A DNA stretch of 49,229 nucleotides from Rhodospirillales bacterium (GTDB taxonomy: Bacteria > Pseudomonadota > Alphaproteobacteria > UBA828). Location of the stretch: assembly GCA_028818565.1 (NCBI GenBank), contig JAPPNV010000131.1, positions 1 to 49,229 on the forward strand, written 5' to 3'. Below are positions 1-9,494 of the stretch, one piece after another. The position numbers were made by a program, and so were the translations under genes. Under the pieces are notes generated by a model that saw nothing but the letters and a program-made list of their open reading frames with translations, was not told the DNA's origin and searched no databases. Position 1 is the stretch's first letter. Every line of letters begins with the position of its first letter.

Positions 1-125
1 TGTTGGACTTACACCAACTGCACTCGCACCAGTTAGCCTGGCGCACTCCGCACCGCGACCCGGCTGGAAGCCGCGTTCTGGCAGGCGGGCCTCGACGCGG
101 CCGGGGCCTGAAATATCCCGCGCGA

Positions 126-150
126 CCCGGACTATGGTCCGGTGCACAGC
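126..150. repeat. 25-nt conserved box, copy 1 (cccggacTatggtCcggtgcacagc)
   Basis: Matches 41328-41352 at 23 of 25 positions. It contains the near-palindrome GGACyATGGTsC and lies about 130 bp upstream of decamer array 1. Confidence 0.6.
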
Positions 151-280
151 ACTCGGCGCCTCTGCCAGGATTGCGCCATGACGTGCGACGGCGACTGGAA
201 CAGTGCCATTCTGATGAGTGCGCGCCCCGCGCTCGGGCTGCGGCCGCATGCAGTCTGCAACGCCGTGGTTTGCCTCTCGG

Positions 281-390
281 CATCCCACTTGTCCCGCTTA
301 ATCCCGCTCAATCCCACTTATCCCGCTCAATCCCACTGAATCCCACTTATCCCACTGAATCCCACCTAATCCCGGCGAATCCCGCTAACG
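281..390. repeat. Tandem degenerate 9-10 bp repeat array 1 (consensus about AATCCCRCTN), about 11 units
   Basis: TCCC cores start at 283, 292, 302, 312, 321, 331, 341, 350, 360, 370 and 380, so spacing is 9-10 bp. The array sits in the intergenic region upstream of mnmA and contains 3 GAATC (GANTC) sites. Confidence 0.85.
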
Positions 391-465
391 ATTGGGGCTT
401 CCCATCCCGCGCAGGTCGGGGGACGGGTGGTTGCGCCGCTCCCGCCGGCCCCTATAGTGCGCGCC

Positions 466-1647
466 ATGCCCGCAGAGACCCTCGATCTCGGCACCGCGAA
501 GCCGCGCCGCGAGACGCGCGTGGTCGTCGCCATGTCCGGCGGAGTCGATTCGTCCGTGACCGCAGCCTTGCTCGCGGAGGCGGGCTACGAGGTGGTCGGC
601 ATCACGCTCCAGCTCTATGCGGCGGGCGGGCCGCGGGCGCGCCCCGGCGCCTGCTGCGCCGGGGAGGACATCTACGACGCCCGCCGGGTCGCGGACCGGC
701 TCGGGATCCGCCACTACGTGCTCGACTACGAGGCGCGCTTCAAGGAGGCGGTGATCGACGATTTCGCCGACTCCTACCTGCGCGGCGAGACGCCGATCCC
801 CTGCGTGCGCTGCAACGAGCGGGTGAAGTTTCGCGACCTGCTGGCGCTCGCCCGCGACCTTGGGGCGGATGCCCTCGCCACCGGCCACTATGTGCGGCGC
901 GTGGCGGGGCCGGAGGGTCCCGAACTCCACCAGGCGGTCGATGGCGCCAGGGATCAGAGCTACTTCCTCTTCGCCACCACGCAGGAGCAGCTCGAGTTTC
1001 TGCGCTTTCCCCTCGGCGACATGCCGAAGGAGCGCGTGCGGGCACACGCGGAACGGCTCGGCCTCGCCGTCGCGGACAAGCCCGACAGCCAGGACATCTG
1101 CTTCGTGCCTTCCGGCCGCTATGCCGGCGTGATCGAGCGGCTCCGCCCCGGTGCCGCCGAGCCGGGCGACATCGTGGACCGGGAGGGCCGGGTGTTGGGC
1201 CGCCACGAGGGCATCATCCACTACACCGTGGGCCAGCGCCGCGGACTCGGCATCGCCGGGCCCGAGCCGCTCTACGTGCTCGCGGTCGATGCCGCGCGCC
1301 GCGAGGTTGTGGTCGGCCCGCAGGCAGCGCTGCTGCGGGACCGCGTGTTCACCGGCCCGCTCGCCTGGATCGGCGCCGATGCGCCCCGACCCGGCGAGGC
1401 GCGTACGGTGGTGGCACGGCTCCGCTCCAGCCATCCCGGTGCGCCGGCACGGCTGGTGGGGAAGGTCGACGGCACCGCCGAGGTCACGCTGGACGAGCCG
1501 GAGCCCGCGACAGCGCCGGGGCAGGCCTGCGTCCTCTATGACGGAGACCGCGTGCTCGGCGGCGGCTGGATCACCGGCACCGCGCGGAGCGCTGTGCCAG
1601 TAGGCCCCAACGACCACGCCGACCTGGCCGCGATGGCCGCCGCCTGA
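466..1647 (+). CDS. mnmA: tRNA-specific 2-thiouridylase MnmA
   Basis: There is a PP-loop SGGVDSS near the N-terminus, and the full-length translation looks like MnmA/TrmU ([30 protein letters not shown]). ATG 466 is preferred over the upstream GTG 427 of the tracked ORF. Confidence 0.9.
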   Translation: MPAETLDLGTAKPRRETRVVVAMSGGVDSSVTAALLAEAGYEVVGITLQLYAAGGPRARPGACCAGEDIYDARRVADRLGIRHYVLDYEARFKEAVIDDFADSYLRGETPIPCVRCNERVKFRDLLALARDLGADALATGHYVRRVAGPEGPELHQAVDGARDQSYFLFATTQEQLEFLRFPLGDMPKERVRAHAERLGLAVADKPDSQDICFVPSGRYAGVIERLRPGAAEPGDIVDREGRVLGRHEGIIHYTVGQRRGLGIAGPEPLYVLAVDAARREVVVGPQAALLRDRVFTGPLAWIGADAPRPGEARTVVARLRSSHPGAPARLVGKVDGTAEVTLDEPEPATAPGQACVLYDGDRVLGGGWITGTARSAVPVGPNDHADLAAMAAA

Positions 1648-1719
1648 CGCCGCGCTCGTGAGTCCCAACCACTCGGCTTTCGCTCTGCGCGCCCCGGCCT
1701 TCGCTCGCGGCGAGGCCCC

Positions 1720-2940
1720 GTGACCGGGCCCCGGCTGATTACCGAGAGCGCTCCGCTCGCGGCGCTCTGCGCGGCGTGGCAGGAGGCCGATTTCGTCACG
1801 GTCGATACCGAGTTCATGCGCGAGAGCACCTATCGCGCCAAGCTGTGCCTGCTGCAGATCGGACCGGCGGAGGGGGAGCCGGTCGCCGTCGATCCGCTCG
1901 CAAACGGGATCGATCTCGCGCCGCTTTACGATTTGCTGGTGCGCGCGCCGGTGCTCAAGGTCTTTCACGCGGCCAGGCAGGACGTCGAGGTGCTGCTGCC
2001 GCTCGCCGGCGGGGTGCCGCACCCGCTCTTCGACACCCAGATCGCCGCCATGGTCTGCGGCTTCGGCGATTCGGTCGGCTACGAGACGCTGGTCGCCAAG
2101 CTCGCGCGCGCGCGCATCGACAAGACCCAGCGCTTCACCGACTGGTCGCGGCGGCCACTGACGGAGCGCCAGTTGCGCTACGCCCTCTCCGACGTGAGCC
2201 ACCTGCGCGTGGTCTACCAGAAGCTCGCGGCGAAGCTGGAGCGCACCGGCCGGCGATCGTGGCTCGACGAGGAGCTGGCGATACTCACGAACCCCGCCAC
2301 CTACGAGTCGCCGCCCGAGGAGGCGTGGCGGCGGATCAAGGTGCGCGGCGGCGACCGGCGCTTTTTCGCGATTCTGCGCGAGCTTGCGGCCTGGCGCGAG
2401 ACCGAGGCCGACCGGCGCGACAAGCCCCGCCCATGGGTCATGCGCGACACGGCGTTGACCGAGATCGCGGCGCAGCGCCCGCGCACGGTGAAGGAGCTCG
2501 CCAAGCTGCGCTCGGTGAGTCAGCGTACCGCCGAGAGCGCCACGGGCGCGACGGTGCTGGCCGCAGTCGAGCGCGGCCTGGCGCTCCCCGACGAGGACTG
2601 TCCGAAGCCGCCGCCCCGGCCCGAAAAGCCCGCAGCGCCAGCGGCTTTGACCGATCTCCTCAAGGTGCTTCTCACCTTCAAGAGCGAGGAGACCGGTGTT
2701 GCCCGAAAGCTGATCGCCAGTGCCGACGACCTCGAGCGGATCGCGCGCGGCGAGACCAATGGCGTGCCGGCGTTGCAGGGCTGGCGGCGGTCGCTCTTCG
2801 GCGATGCCGCCCTCGATCTGGTGCACGGCCGGCTCGCGCTCGCCGTGGAGCACGGCGAACTCCGTTTGCTCGCGTGCGACGGAGGCGGCGAGCGCACGCA
2901 GGCGTCGGCTCAGCCGCTGGCAGCGGCCGAGCGGCGGTGA
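1720..2940 (+). CDS. rnd: Ribonuclease D
   Basis: DEDD-type 3'-5' exonuclease motifs are present (VTVDTEF, HAARQDVEVL, YALSDVSHL), followed by an HRDC-like region. The 406-aa length is typical. The start is GTG. Confidence 0.88.
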   Translation: MTGPRLITESAPLAALCAAWQEADFVTVDTEFMRESTYRAKLCLLQIGPAEGEPVAVDPLANGIDLAPLYDLLVRAPVLKVFHAARQDVEVLLPLAGGVPHPLFDTQIAAMVCGFGDSVGYETLVAKLARARIDKTQRFTDWSRRPLTERQLRYALSDVSHLRVVYQKLAAKLERTGRRSWLDEELAILTNPATYESPPEEAWRRIKVRGGDRRFFAILRELAAWRETEADRRDKPRPWVMRDTALTEIAAQRPRTVKELAKLRSVSQRTAESATGATVLAAVERGLALPDEDCPKPPPRPEKPAAPAALTDLLKVLLTFKSEETGVARKLIASADDLERIARGETNGVPALQGWRRSLFGDAALDLVHGRLALAVEHGELRLLACDGGGERTQASAQPLAAAERR

Positions 2941-3761
2941 GCGGGTCAGCCGCCTGGTTCGATCCGTCGCGGCTCAGCGCCGACGACCCGCGGCCCTTCT
3001 ACCGAATTGGACCGGTCGGCGCCTATCCGCACTTCGTCCTGGTCTGCGACCACGCGAGCAACGCTGTCCCGGCCCACATGGAGCGCCTCGGCCTCGACCA
3101 GGCCGAGCTCGACCGCCATATCGGCTGGGATATCGGCGCGGCGATGGTCACCAGATCGCTCAGCGCCCTGCTCGACGTGCCGGCCTATCTCTCCGGCTAT
3201 TCGCGCCTGGTGGTCGATTGCAACCGCCCGGTGGGGAGCCCCACGGCGATGCCCGCGGTGAGCGACGGCACGGTCGTGCCGGCCAACCAGTCGATTTCAC
3301 CCACAGAAGCGGCGGCTCGGACAGATGCGTTCTTCCGCCCCTACCACGACGCCATCGCCGCGTGCCTCGACCGGGTGACCGGGTTCGGCGCGGTGCCGAT
3401 CCTGGTCGCGGTCCACAGCTTCACGCCGGTCTTCGACGGCTTCGCCCGGCCCTGGGAGGTGGGGTTGCTCTATGAGCACGACGACCGGCTGGTGCAGCCG
3501 CTGCAGGAGGCGCTCGCCGCGCTCCGCCCAGGCCTCACCATCGGCGACAATGAGCCCTACGCCATCATAGGCCCGTCGGACTATTCGATTCCGGTGCATG
3601 GCCAGGGGCGCGGCCTGCCCCATATCGAGATCGAGCTGCGTCAGGACCTGATCGGCACGCAGGAGGGCGCCGAGGCCTGGGCCGAGACCCTCGCCGTTGC
3701 GTTCAAGCAGGTGCGGACGGCGTTGGCGCCGCTCGCAATCGAGAACCGGGTGCCTGGATGA
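2937..3761 (+). CDS. N-formylglutamate amidohydrolase (FGase) family protein
   Basis: This is the C-terminal 274 codons of the long frame 1776..3761. GTG 2937 overlaps the rnd stop (GTGA). Family-like motifs are FVLVCDHASN, SRLVVDCNR, VAVHSFTP and HIEIELRQDL. Confidence 0.72.
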   Translation: MSGSAAWFDPSRLSADDPRPFYRIGPVGAYPHFVLVCDHASNAVPAHMERLGLDQAELDRHIGWDIGAAMVTRSLSALLDVPAYLSGYSRLVVDCNRPVGSPTAMPAVSDGTVVPANQSISPTEAAARTDAFFRPYHDAIAACLDRVTGFGAVPILVAVHSFTPVFDGFARPWEVGLLYEHDDRLVQPLQEALAALRPGLTIGDNEPYAIIGPSDYSIPVHGQGRGLPHIEIELRQDLIGTQEGAEAWAETLAVAFKQVRTALAPLAIENRVPG

Positions 3762-3762
3762 T

Positions 3763-3791
3763 CCCTCCGCCCGCAGGGTGCGAGCGGAGGG
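3763..3791. terminator. Hairpin between convergent genes (candidate bidirectional terminator)
   Basis: CCCTCCGC (3763-3770) pairs with GCGGAGGG (3784-3791) around a 13-nt loop. The hairpin starts 2 nt after the FGase-family stop and ends 24 nt before the peroxiredoxin stop. Confidence 0.45.
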
Positions 3792-3814
3792 AGTGAAGGA
3801 TACGGAGCGTGCCG

Positions 3815-4474
3815 CTACTTGGGCTGCGGCACGATCCGGAGGTAGGGCTTCGGCGCCTTCCAGCCGTCGGGGTAGGTCTTCCTGGCCTCCTCGTCGGAGA
3901 CCGCCGGCACGATGATCACGTCCTCGCCCTGCTTCCAGTTCACCGGCGTCGCCACCTTGTGCTTGGCCGTGAGCTGGCAGGAATCCAGCACGCGCAGCAC
4001 CTCGTCGAAGTTGCGGCCGGTGCTCATCGGGTAGGTGAGGGAGAGCTTGATCTTCTTGTCCGGGCCGACGAGGAAAACGGTGCGGACGGTGAGGTTGTCC
4101 ACCGCCGTGCGCCCCTCCGAGGTCGTGCCGGCGCCCGCCGGCAGCATCTCGTAGAGGGTCGCGATCTTGAGCTCGGGGTCGCCGATCAGCGGGTAGTTCA
4201 CCGCGTGACCCTGCGTTTCCTGGATGTCCTTCGACCAGGCGTGGTGATCGCTCACGCCGTCCACGCTGAGGCCGAGGACCTTGCAGTTGCGCTTCTCGAA
4301 CTCCGACTTGAGCCCCGCCATGTAGCCGAGCTCGGTGGTGCAAACCGGCGTGAAGTCCTTGGGGTGGGAGAAAAGAATGGCCCAGCCATCGCCGATCCAG
4401 TCGTGAAAGTCGATCGAGCCCTGGGTGGTGTCCGCCGTGAAGTTGGGTGCTTCGTCGCCAATCCTCAGTGCCAT
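3815..4474 (-). CDS. 1-Cys (Prx6-type) peroxiredoxin
   Basis: The start MALRIGDEAPNF is preceded by an AGGAGG-like SD. The peroxidatic motif is FTPVCTTE. At 219 aa with a PYLRIV C-terminal region, it is typical of the Prx6 subfamily. Confidence 0.9.
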   Translation of the reverse strand: MALRIGDEAPNFTADTTQGSIDFHDWIGDGWAILFSHPKDFTPVCTTELGYMAGLKSEFEKRNCKVLGLSVDGVSDHHAWSKDIQETQGHAVNYPLIGDPELKIATLYEMLPAGAGTTSEGRTAVDNLTVRTVFLVGPDKKIKLSLTYPMSTGRNFDEVLRVLDSCQLTAKHKVATPVNWKQGEDVIIVPAVSDEEARKTYPDGWKAPKPYLRIVPQPK

Positions 4475-4606
4475 TGCCTGATGTCTCCTCCTGAGCGACC
4501 GCGCGCCGGCCGTTGCACGGGCTGCGGTCTTGTCAAACTGGGGTCGAGCGGCCCCACGCGCGCCGTGGCGGCCGCCGATAGACGACAATGTGGTAAGCGC
4601 GGCTCG

Positions 4607-4639
4607 CCGCGCAAGCGCCTTTTGCAGGCGCTTGCGCGG
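4607..4639 (-). terminator. 13-bp perfect stem hairpin downstream of the Prx5-type gene
   Basis: CCGCGCAAGCGCC (4607-4619), a 7-nt loop, then GGCGCTTGCGCGG (4627-4639). It lies 13 nt past the stop at 4652 on the minus strand. There is no clear U-tract. Confidence 0.5.
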
Positions 4640-4651
4640 GGGATAGCCGTA

Positions 4652-5137
4652 TCAGAGCTGCGAGAGCATGTGCTCCGCGCTGCTCACGTCCATTTCCGCC
4701 GGGTTCTCCTCGACGTTGAGGGCCGTGATCGTGCCGTCGTCGACGATCATGGAGAATCGGGTCGTCCGCTCGCCGAGCCCGAAGCCGGTGCCGTCGAGGG
4801 TCAGCCCCGTCGCCCGCGCGAACTCGCCGTTGCCGTCCGCCAGCATGTCGATGGTCCCGCCGGCGCCCGTGTCCTCGCCCCAGGCCTTCATCACGAACGC
4901 GTCGTTGACCGACACGCAGGCGATCTGGTCCACGCCCTTGGCCATGAGCGCATCGGCCTGGGCCAGGAAGCTCGGTACGTGCTTGGCCGAGCAGGTCGGC
5001 GTGTACGCACCGGGGACCGCGAAGAGCGCCGTCTTCTTGCCCCCGAAATAGTCGTCGCTGGATACGTCGCTGAGCCCGTCTGCAGTCAACATCTTGAAGT
5101 TGACCGACGGCACCTTCTCGCCCGCGCTAACTGCCAT
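4652..5137 (-). CDS. Prx5-subfamily peroxiredoxin
   Basis: The internal ATG at 5137 gives a 161-aa protein (MAVSAGEKVPSVNF). The motif PGAYTPTCS is typical of Prx5-type thiol peroxidases. Confidence 0.88.
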   Translation of the reverse strand: MAVSAGEKVPSVNFKMLTADGLSDVSSDDYFGGKKTALFAVPGAYTPTCSAKHVPSFLAQADALMAKGVDQIACVSVNDAFVMKAWGEDTGAGGTIDMLADGNGEFARATGLTLDGTGFGLGERTTRFSMIVDDGTITALNVEENPAEMDVSSAEHMLSQL

Positions 5138-5358
5138 TGTCTCCCTCTCCTCTGGCACGTTGGATCGCCGGGTCCTCCCCGGTTGGCGCGCACTATGCGA
5201 AGAGCGCCGCCTGAATGCAAACCCCGCCGGTGCCGGCAACGGCCATCGCGTCGGCCTGTTCCGCCCGCTCCGTTTTCCGCCGCGCGCGCCCGTGCTAGGG
5301 AATCCGGCGACAGCGCGTTGCGGCGCGACAGGGAGGGCCCAGTGCGGGCGCGGGTGCA

Positions 5359-7806
5359 ATGACCGAGGCGTTACCGACCCAGGCCCAGGTGGTGATCGTC
5401 GGCGGCGGCATCATCGGCTGCAGCATGGCCTACCACCTGACCAAGCTCGGCCTGCGCGATGTGGTCCTCCTGGAGCGGGGCCATCTCACCGGCGGCACCT
5501 CGTGGCACGCCGCAGGCCTGGTGAACCAGCTGCGCGCGACATCGACGCTGACCGAGCTCGCGCGCTACGCCGTCGGCCTCTACGAATCGCTGGAGGCCGA
5601 GACCGGCCAGGCGACCGGCTTCCGCCGCAAGGGCAGCCTCCCCATCGCCCGCACCGAGGAACGGCTCACCGAGATCAGGCGCACGGCCGCGCTCGGCGAC
5701 TGTTTCGGCGTCGAGGCCTACGAAGTTGGGCTGAACGAGGTGGCGGCGCTCTACCCGTTGATGGACGTCTCGCGGATCAAGGGCGCGATCTACATTCCGG
5801 GCGACGGCCAGACCAATCCCGTCGATACCGCGATGGCGCTCGCCAAGGGCGCGCGCGCCGGGGGCGCGCGCATCTTCGAGGAGACGGCCGTCACCGGCTT
5901 CGAGCGGAGGAACGGCGCGGTCTCCGGCGTCCGCACCGCGCAAGGCGCCATCGCCTGCGAGACCGTCGTCAACTGCGGCGGCGTCTGGGCGCGCGAGATC
6001 GGGCTGATGGCGGGCGTGAACGTGCCGCTCTACGCCGCCGAGCACATGTACGTGGTCACCGAGCCGATCGAGGGGCTCTCGCCCGATGCGCCGATCATCC
6101 GCGACACCGACGGCTACATCTACGTGAAGGAGGACGCCGGCCGTCTGCTCGTCGGCTCCTTCGAGCCGGTGGCCAAGCCGCTGCCGCTGGAGAAGCTGCC
6201 CGCCGGAGCCGAGTTCGTGGAGCTGCCGGAGGACTGGGACCACTTCGAGCTGCCGATGACCAACGCCATCGAGCTGCTGCCGGTGCTGGAGCGCGCGCCG
6301 ATCCGCCGCTTCATGAACGGGCCCGAGAGCTTCACGCCGGACAACAAGTTCGTGCTCGGCGAGGCGCCGGAGCTAGCGCGCTTCTTCGTGGCCGCCGGCT
6401 TCAACTCGCAGGGCATCCTCACCGCAGCCGGCGCCGGCAAGGTGATGTCGGAGTGGATCGTGGAGGGGCAGCCCACGGTGGACCTCGCGGAGCTCGACAT
6501 CTCCCGCTTCGCCCGCTTCCAGAACAACCGCCGCTATCTGGTCGACCGCACGAGGGAGAGCCTGGGCCTGCTGTTCCAGATGCATTGGCCCTACCGCCAG
6601 GTGGAGACCGCGCGTCCGGTGCGGCTCAGCCCGCTGCACGCCAGGCTTGCCGCCCACAACGCCTGCTTCGGCGAGGCGGCGGGGTGGGAGCGGGCCAACT
6701 GGTTTGCGCCCGACGGCGTGGAGCCGACCTACGAATACGCCTACGGCAAGCAGAACTGGTTCGTTCACGTGCGGGAGGAGCACCGCGCCGTGCGCCAGGC
6801 GGTCGGCATCCTCGACATGAGCTCGTTCGCGAAATACCTGGTGCAGGGGCCGGATGCCGAGCGCGAGCTGCAGCGCCTCTGCGCCAACGATGTCGCGGTG
6901 CCGGCGGGCAAGATCGTCTACACGCAGCTCCTCAACAAGCGGGGCGGGATCGAGGCGGACCTCACCGTGACCCGGCTCGACGACGACCGCTATCTGGTGG
7001 TGACTTCGGCGGCCTCCCAGACCCGCGACCGCACCTGGATCGAGCGGAACCTGAGCGACGGTGCCCGGGTCTACGTGACCGACGTGACCTCGGGCTCCGG
7101 CGTGCTTGCCGTGATGGGGCCCAACGCCAGGACGTTGCTCGGGCGGGTCAGCGATGCCGACCTCTCCAACGAGGCCTTCCGCTTCGGGACTTGCCGGGAG
7201 ATCGATATCGGCTATGCCGACGCGCGGGCCATGCGGGTCTCCTACGTGGGCGAGCTGGGCTGGGAGCTGCACATCGCGACCGAATACGTGGTGCCGATCT
7301 TCGACCGGCTGATGGAGGCGGGCGCGGACCTCGGTGTCGGGCTCTGCGGCATCCACGCGATGGATTCACTCAGGAGCGAGAAAGGCTACCGTCATTGGGG
7401 CCACGACATCACCCAGGCCGAGACCCCGCTGGAGGCGGGCCTCGGCTTCGCCGTCTCGTTCAAGAAGGACTCGGACTTCATCGGCCGCGCGGCGCTGGAG
7501 CGCCAGCGCGCCGACGGGCTCTCCGCGCGCCTCGTACACGTGATGCTCGACCGCGAAGAGCCCTTCATGTTCCACGACGAGACGATCTACCTGGACGACA
7601 GGGTCGCGGGCCGAATCACGTCGGCGGCTTATGGCTACAGTTTCGACCGGCCGGTCGGCATGGGCTACCTCCTGAGCGATAGCCCGCGCGGGTGGCAGGC
7701 GCTGGATGACGGCGCCTACGAGGTCGATATCGCCGGCGAGCGCGTGCCGGCGACGATGTCGCTCACGCCCTTCTACGATCCGGCGGGCGAGCGGTTGCGG
7801 GGCTAG
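5359..7806 (+). CDS. FAD-dependent oxidoreductase fused to a GcvT-type folate-binding domain (dimethylglycine/sarcosine dehydrogenase family)
   Basis: The N-terminus has the dinucleotide-binding motif VVIVGGGIIGCS and a DAO-like domain. The C-terminal half resembles aminomethyltransferase (GcvT). Length is 815 aa. Confidence 0.85.
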   Translation: MTEALPTQAQVVIVGGGIIGCSMAYHLTKLGLRDVVLLERGHLTGGTSWHAAGLVNQLRATSTLTELARYAVGLYESLEAETGQATGFRRKGSLPIARTEERLTEIRRTAALGDCFGVEAYEVGLNEVAALYPLMDVSRIKGAIYIPGDGQTNPVDTAMALAKGARAGGARIFEETAVTGFERRNGAVSGVRTAQGAIACETVVNCGGVWAREIGLMAGVNVPLYAAEHMYVVTEPIEGLSPDAPIIRDTDGYIYVKEDAGRLLVGSFEPVAKPLPLEKLPAGAEFVELPEDWDHFELPMTNAIELLPVLERAPIRRFMNGPESFTPDNKFVLGEAPELARFFVAAGFNSQGILTAAGAGKVMSEWIVEGQPTVDLAELDISRFARFQNNRRYLVDRTRESLGLLFQMHWPYRQVETARPVRLSPLHARLAAHNACFGEAAGWERANWFAPDGVEPTYEYAYGKQNWFVHVREEHRAVRQAVGILDMSSFAKYLVQGPDAERELQRLCANDVAVPAGKIVYTQLLNKRGGIEADLTVTRLDDDRYLVVTSAASQTRDRTWIERNLSDGARVYVTDVTSGSGVLAVMGPNARTLLGRVSDADLSNEAFRFGTCREIDIGYADARAMRVSYVGELGWELHIATEYVVPIFDRLMEAGADLGVGLCGIHAMDSLRSEKGYRHWGHDITQAETPLEAGLGFAVSFKKDSDFIGRAALERQRADGLSARLVHVMLDREEPFMFHDETIYLDDRVAGRITSAAYGYSFDRPVGMGYLLSDSPRGWQALDDGAYEVDIAGERVPATMSLTPFYDPAGERLRG

Positions 7807-7823
7807 AGGCAGCAGGGCACAGC

Positions 7824-9476
7824 ATGGTCGACTGGTACCCGAAGGAGCGGCTGGGCGACTTGCCGGCGGAGGCGGCCCGGTGCTGGGGCGCGCGCGAGGC
7901 GCTGGTCTGCGATGGCAGGCGCTGGACCTACCGTGAATACAGCCGGGAGGTGGACCGCGTCGCCAAGGGGTTGATGGCGCTCGGCGTGGAGAGCGGCGAG
8001 CATGTCGCGCTCTGGATGAACAACCGGCCGGAATGGCTCTTTCTCACCTTCGCCATCGCCAAGATCGGGGCCGTGCTGGTGCCGCTCAACACCCGCTATC
8101 GCACCGACGACGTCGCCTACACGGTGCGGCAATCCGACAGCGGAACCTGGATCAGCATCGACCGCTCCGGCCCGGTCGACTACGCGGCCATGCTGAGGGA
8201 TGTGCTGCCGGGGCTCGCGGGGCAGGACCCGCGCGCAGTGGCCATCGAGGGCTTCCCGCAACTCCGCCGCGTGGTCATTGTCGGCGAGAGCGACGTGCCC
8301 GGCACCCTGAGTTGGGAGGCGATGCTCGCGGGCGGCGCGGCGGTGAGCGATGCGGCACTCGCCGCCCGTGCGGAGGCGGTCGATCCCGACGAGCCGGTGA
8401 TGATCGGCTACACCTCCGGCACCACCGGGCACCCCAAGGGCGTGCTCCATACCCACCTGATGATCCGCAACATGCGCGAGCGCGCCAACCGCATCGGCCT
8501 CACCTTCGAGGACGTGATCATCAACCCGCTGCCGCTCTTCCACATGTACGGCTTCAGCGAGGCCGGGCTGATCGGCGTGATCGCGGGCTGCAAGCACGTG
8601 CTGCTGGACCGCTTCGACGCCGACGAGTGCATGCGGCTGGTCGAGGCCGAGGGCGGCACCATCACCCACGGCTTCGATACCCACTACAAGGAATATCTCG
8701 ACTCGCTCGAGCGGACCCCGCGGGACATCTCCAGCCTGCGCTTCGGCACCTTCCCCTCCGGCATGACCAGCTCGGCCCGCATCGCGCGGCGGGTGCAGGC
8801 CGAGATGGTGCCCACCTTCACCGGCTGGGGCATGACCGAGACCTTCACCTTCGCCACCATGTCGTTCGGCAACTCGACGCCGGAGCAGCGCTCGGACGCC
8901 TCGGGCTTCCCGGCGCCGGGATTCGAGATCAGGGTGGTGGATTCCGAGACCAGCCAGGAGGTCGCGGTCGGCGAGGAAGGCGAGCTGCTGATTCGCGGCT
9001 ACATGATCACCCAGGGCTACTACAGGAAGCCCGAGGAGACCGCCGAGGCCATCGACGGCGACGGCTGGCTCCACACCGGCGACACGGTGGTGCTCCGCGC
9101 CGACGGGCACATCCGCTTCGTCGGCCGCTACAAGGACCAGCTCCGAGTCGGCGGCGAGAACGTCTCGCCGGCGGAGGTCGAGGCCTTCCTCATGGCCCAC
9201 GAGGCGATCGATCAGGTGGCGGTGGTGGGCTATCCCGACGCGCGGCTCAATGAGGTTGCCGTGGCCTTCGTTGTCCCGGGGCCCGGCCTGACCGTCACCA
9301 GCGAGGAGATTGCCGCCTACTGCAAGGGCCGCATCGCGAGCTTCAAGAGCCCGCGTCACGTGCTGAGCGTGGATGCCTTCCCCATGACCGCGAGCGGCAA
9401 GGTGCAGAAGCACAAGCTCCGCAAGCTCGCGCTCGAAAGACTGGGGGACCCGACGGCTGATCAGGCCGCCGAATAG
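7824..9476 (+). CDS. AMP-dependent synthetase/ligase (acyl-CoA synthetase family)
   Basis: The AMP-binding signature YTSGTTGHPKGV is present, followed by GWGMTE, GWLHTGD and the C-terminal SGKVQK lysine motif. Confidence 0.88.
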   Translation: MVDWYPKERLGDLPAEAARCWGAREALVCDGRRWTYREYSREVDRVAKGLMALGVESGEHVALWMNNRPEWLFLTFAIAKIGAVLVPLNTRYRTDDVAYTVRQSDSGTWISIDRSGPVDYAAMLRDVLPGLAGQDPRAVAIEGFPQLRRVVIVGESDVPGTLSWEAMLAGGAAVSDAALAARAEAVDPDEPVMIGYTSGTTGHPKGVLHTHLMIRNMRERANRIGLTFEDVIINPLPLFHMYGFSEAGLIGVIAGCKHVLLDRFDADECMRLVEAEGGTITHGFDTHYKEYLDSLERTPRDISSLRFGTFPSGMTSSARIARRVQAEMVPTFTGWGMTETFTFATMSFGNSTPEQRSDASGFPAPGFEIRVVDSETSQEVAVGEEGELLIRGYMITQGYYRKPEETAEAIDGDGWLHTGDTVVLRADGHIRFVGRYKDQLRVGGENVSPAEVEAFLMAHEAIDQVAVVGYPDARLNEVAVAFVVPGPGLTVTSEEIAAYCKGRIASFKSPRHVLSVDAFPMTASGKVQKHKLRKLALERLGDPTADQAAE

Positions 9477-9494
9477 ACGCTGGCGACCGGGCGC

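Noticed and set aside
142-339. A 65-aa ORF (MHSTRRLCQDC...) between the 25-nt box and array 1 as a real gene.
   Set aside because: The translation is Cys-rich and odd in composition, with no SD and weak codon bias. Its C-terminus is just the repeat array read in frame.
281-390. Interpreting the decamer arrays (also 41716-41900) as CRISPR arrays, DnaA-box clusters or an origin, iterons, or telomere-like repeats.
   Set aside because: The units are only 9-10 bp with no spacers, which rules out CRISPR. TTATCCCAC differs from the DnaA box TTATCCACA at three consecutive positions, and no origin-linked genes are nearby. Iterons are usually 17-22 bp. AATCCC is not the complement of TTAGGG-type telomere units.
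385-2853. Very long ORFs antisense to, or out of frame with, well-supported genes. Examples are 3..1541 +, 385..2853 -, 9528..12278 +, 21972..24662 -, 24826..26256 +, 36427..37950 + and 41976..44744 +.
   Set aside because: These are typical stop-codon-poor shadow frames of a high-GC genome. The translations are Arg/Ala/Gly/Pro-rich low-complexity sequence with no motifs. Each overlaps a gene with clear family signatures and proper third-position GC bias.
3815-5137. The two tandem peroxiredoxin genes as an unusual oxidative-stress island.
   Set aside because: They belong to different, common subfamilies (Prx6-type and Prx5-type). They are separated by a hairpin and a 177-bp promoter-sized gap, so they are probably independent housekeeping genes. 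Nothing else about them is unusual.
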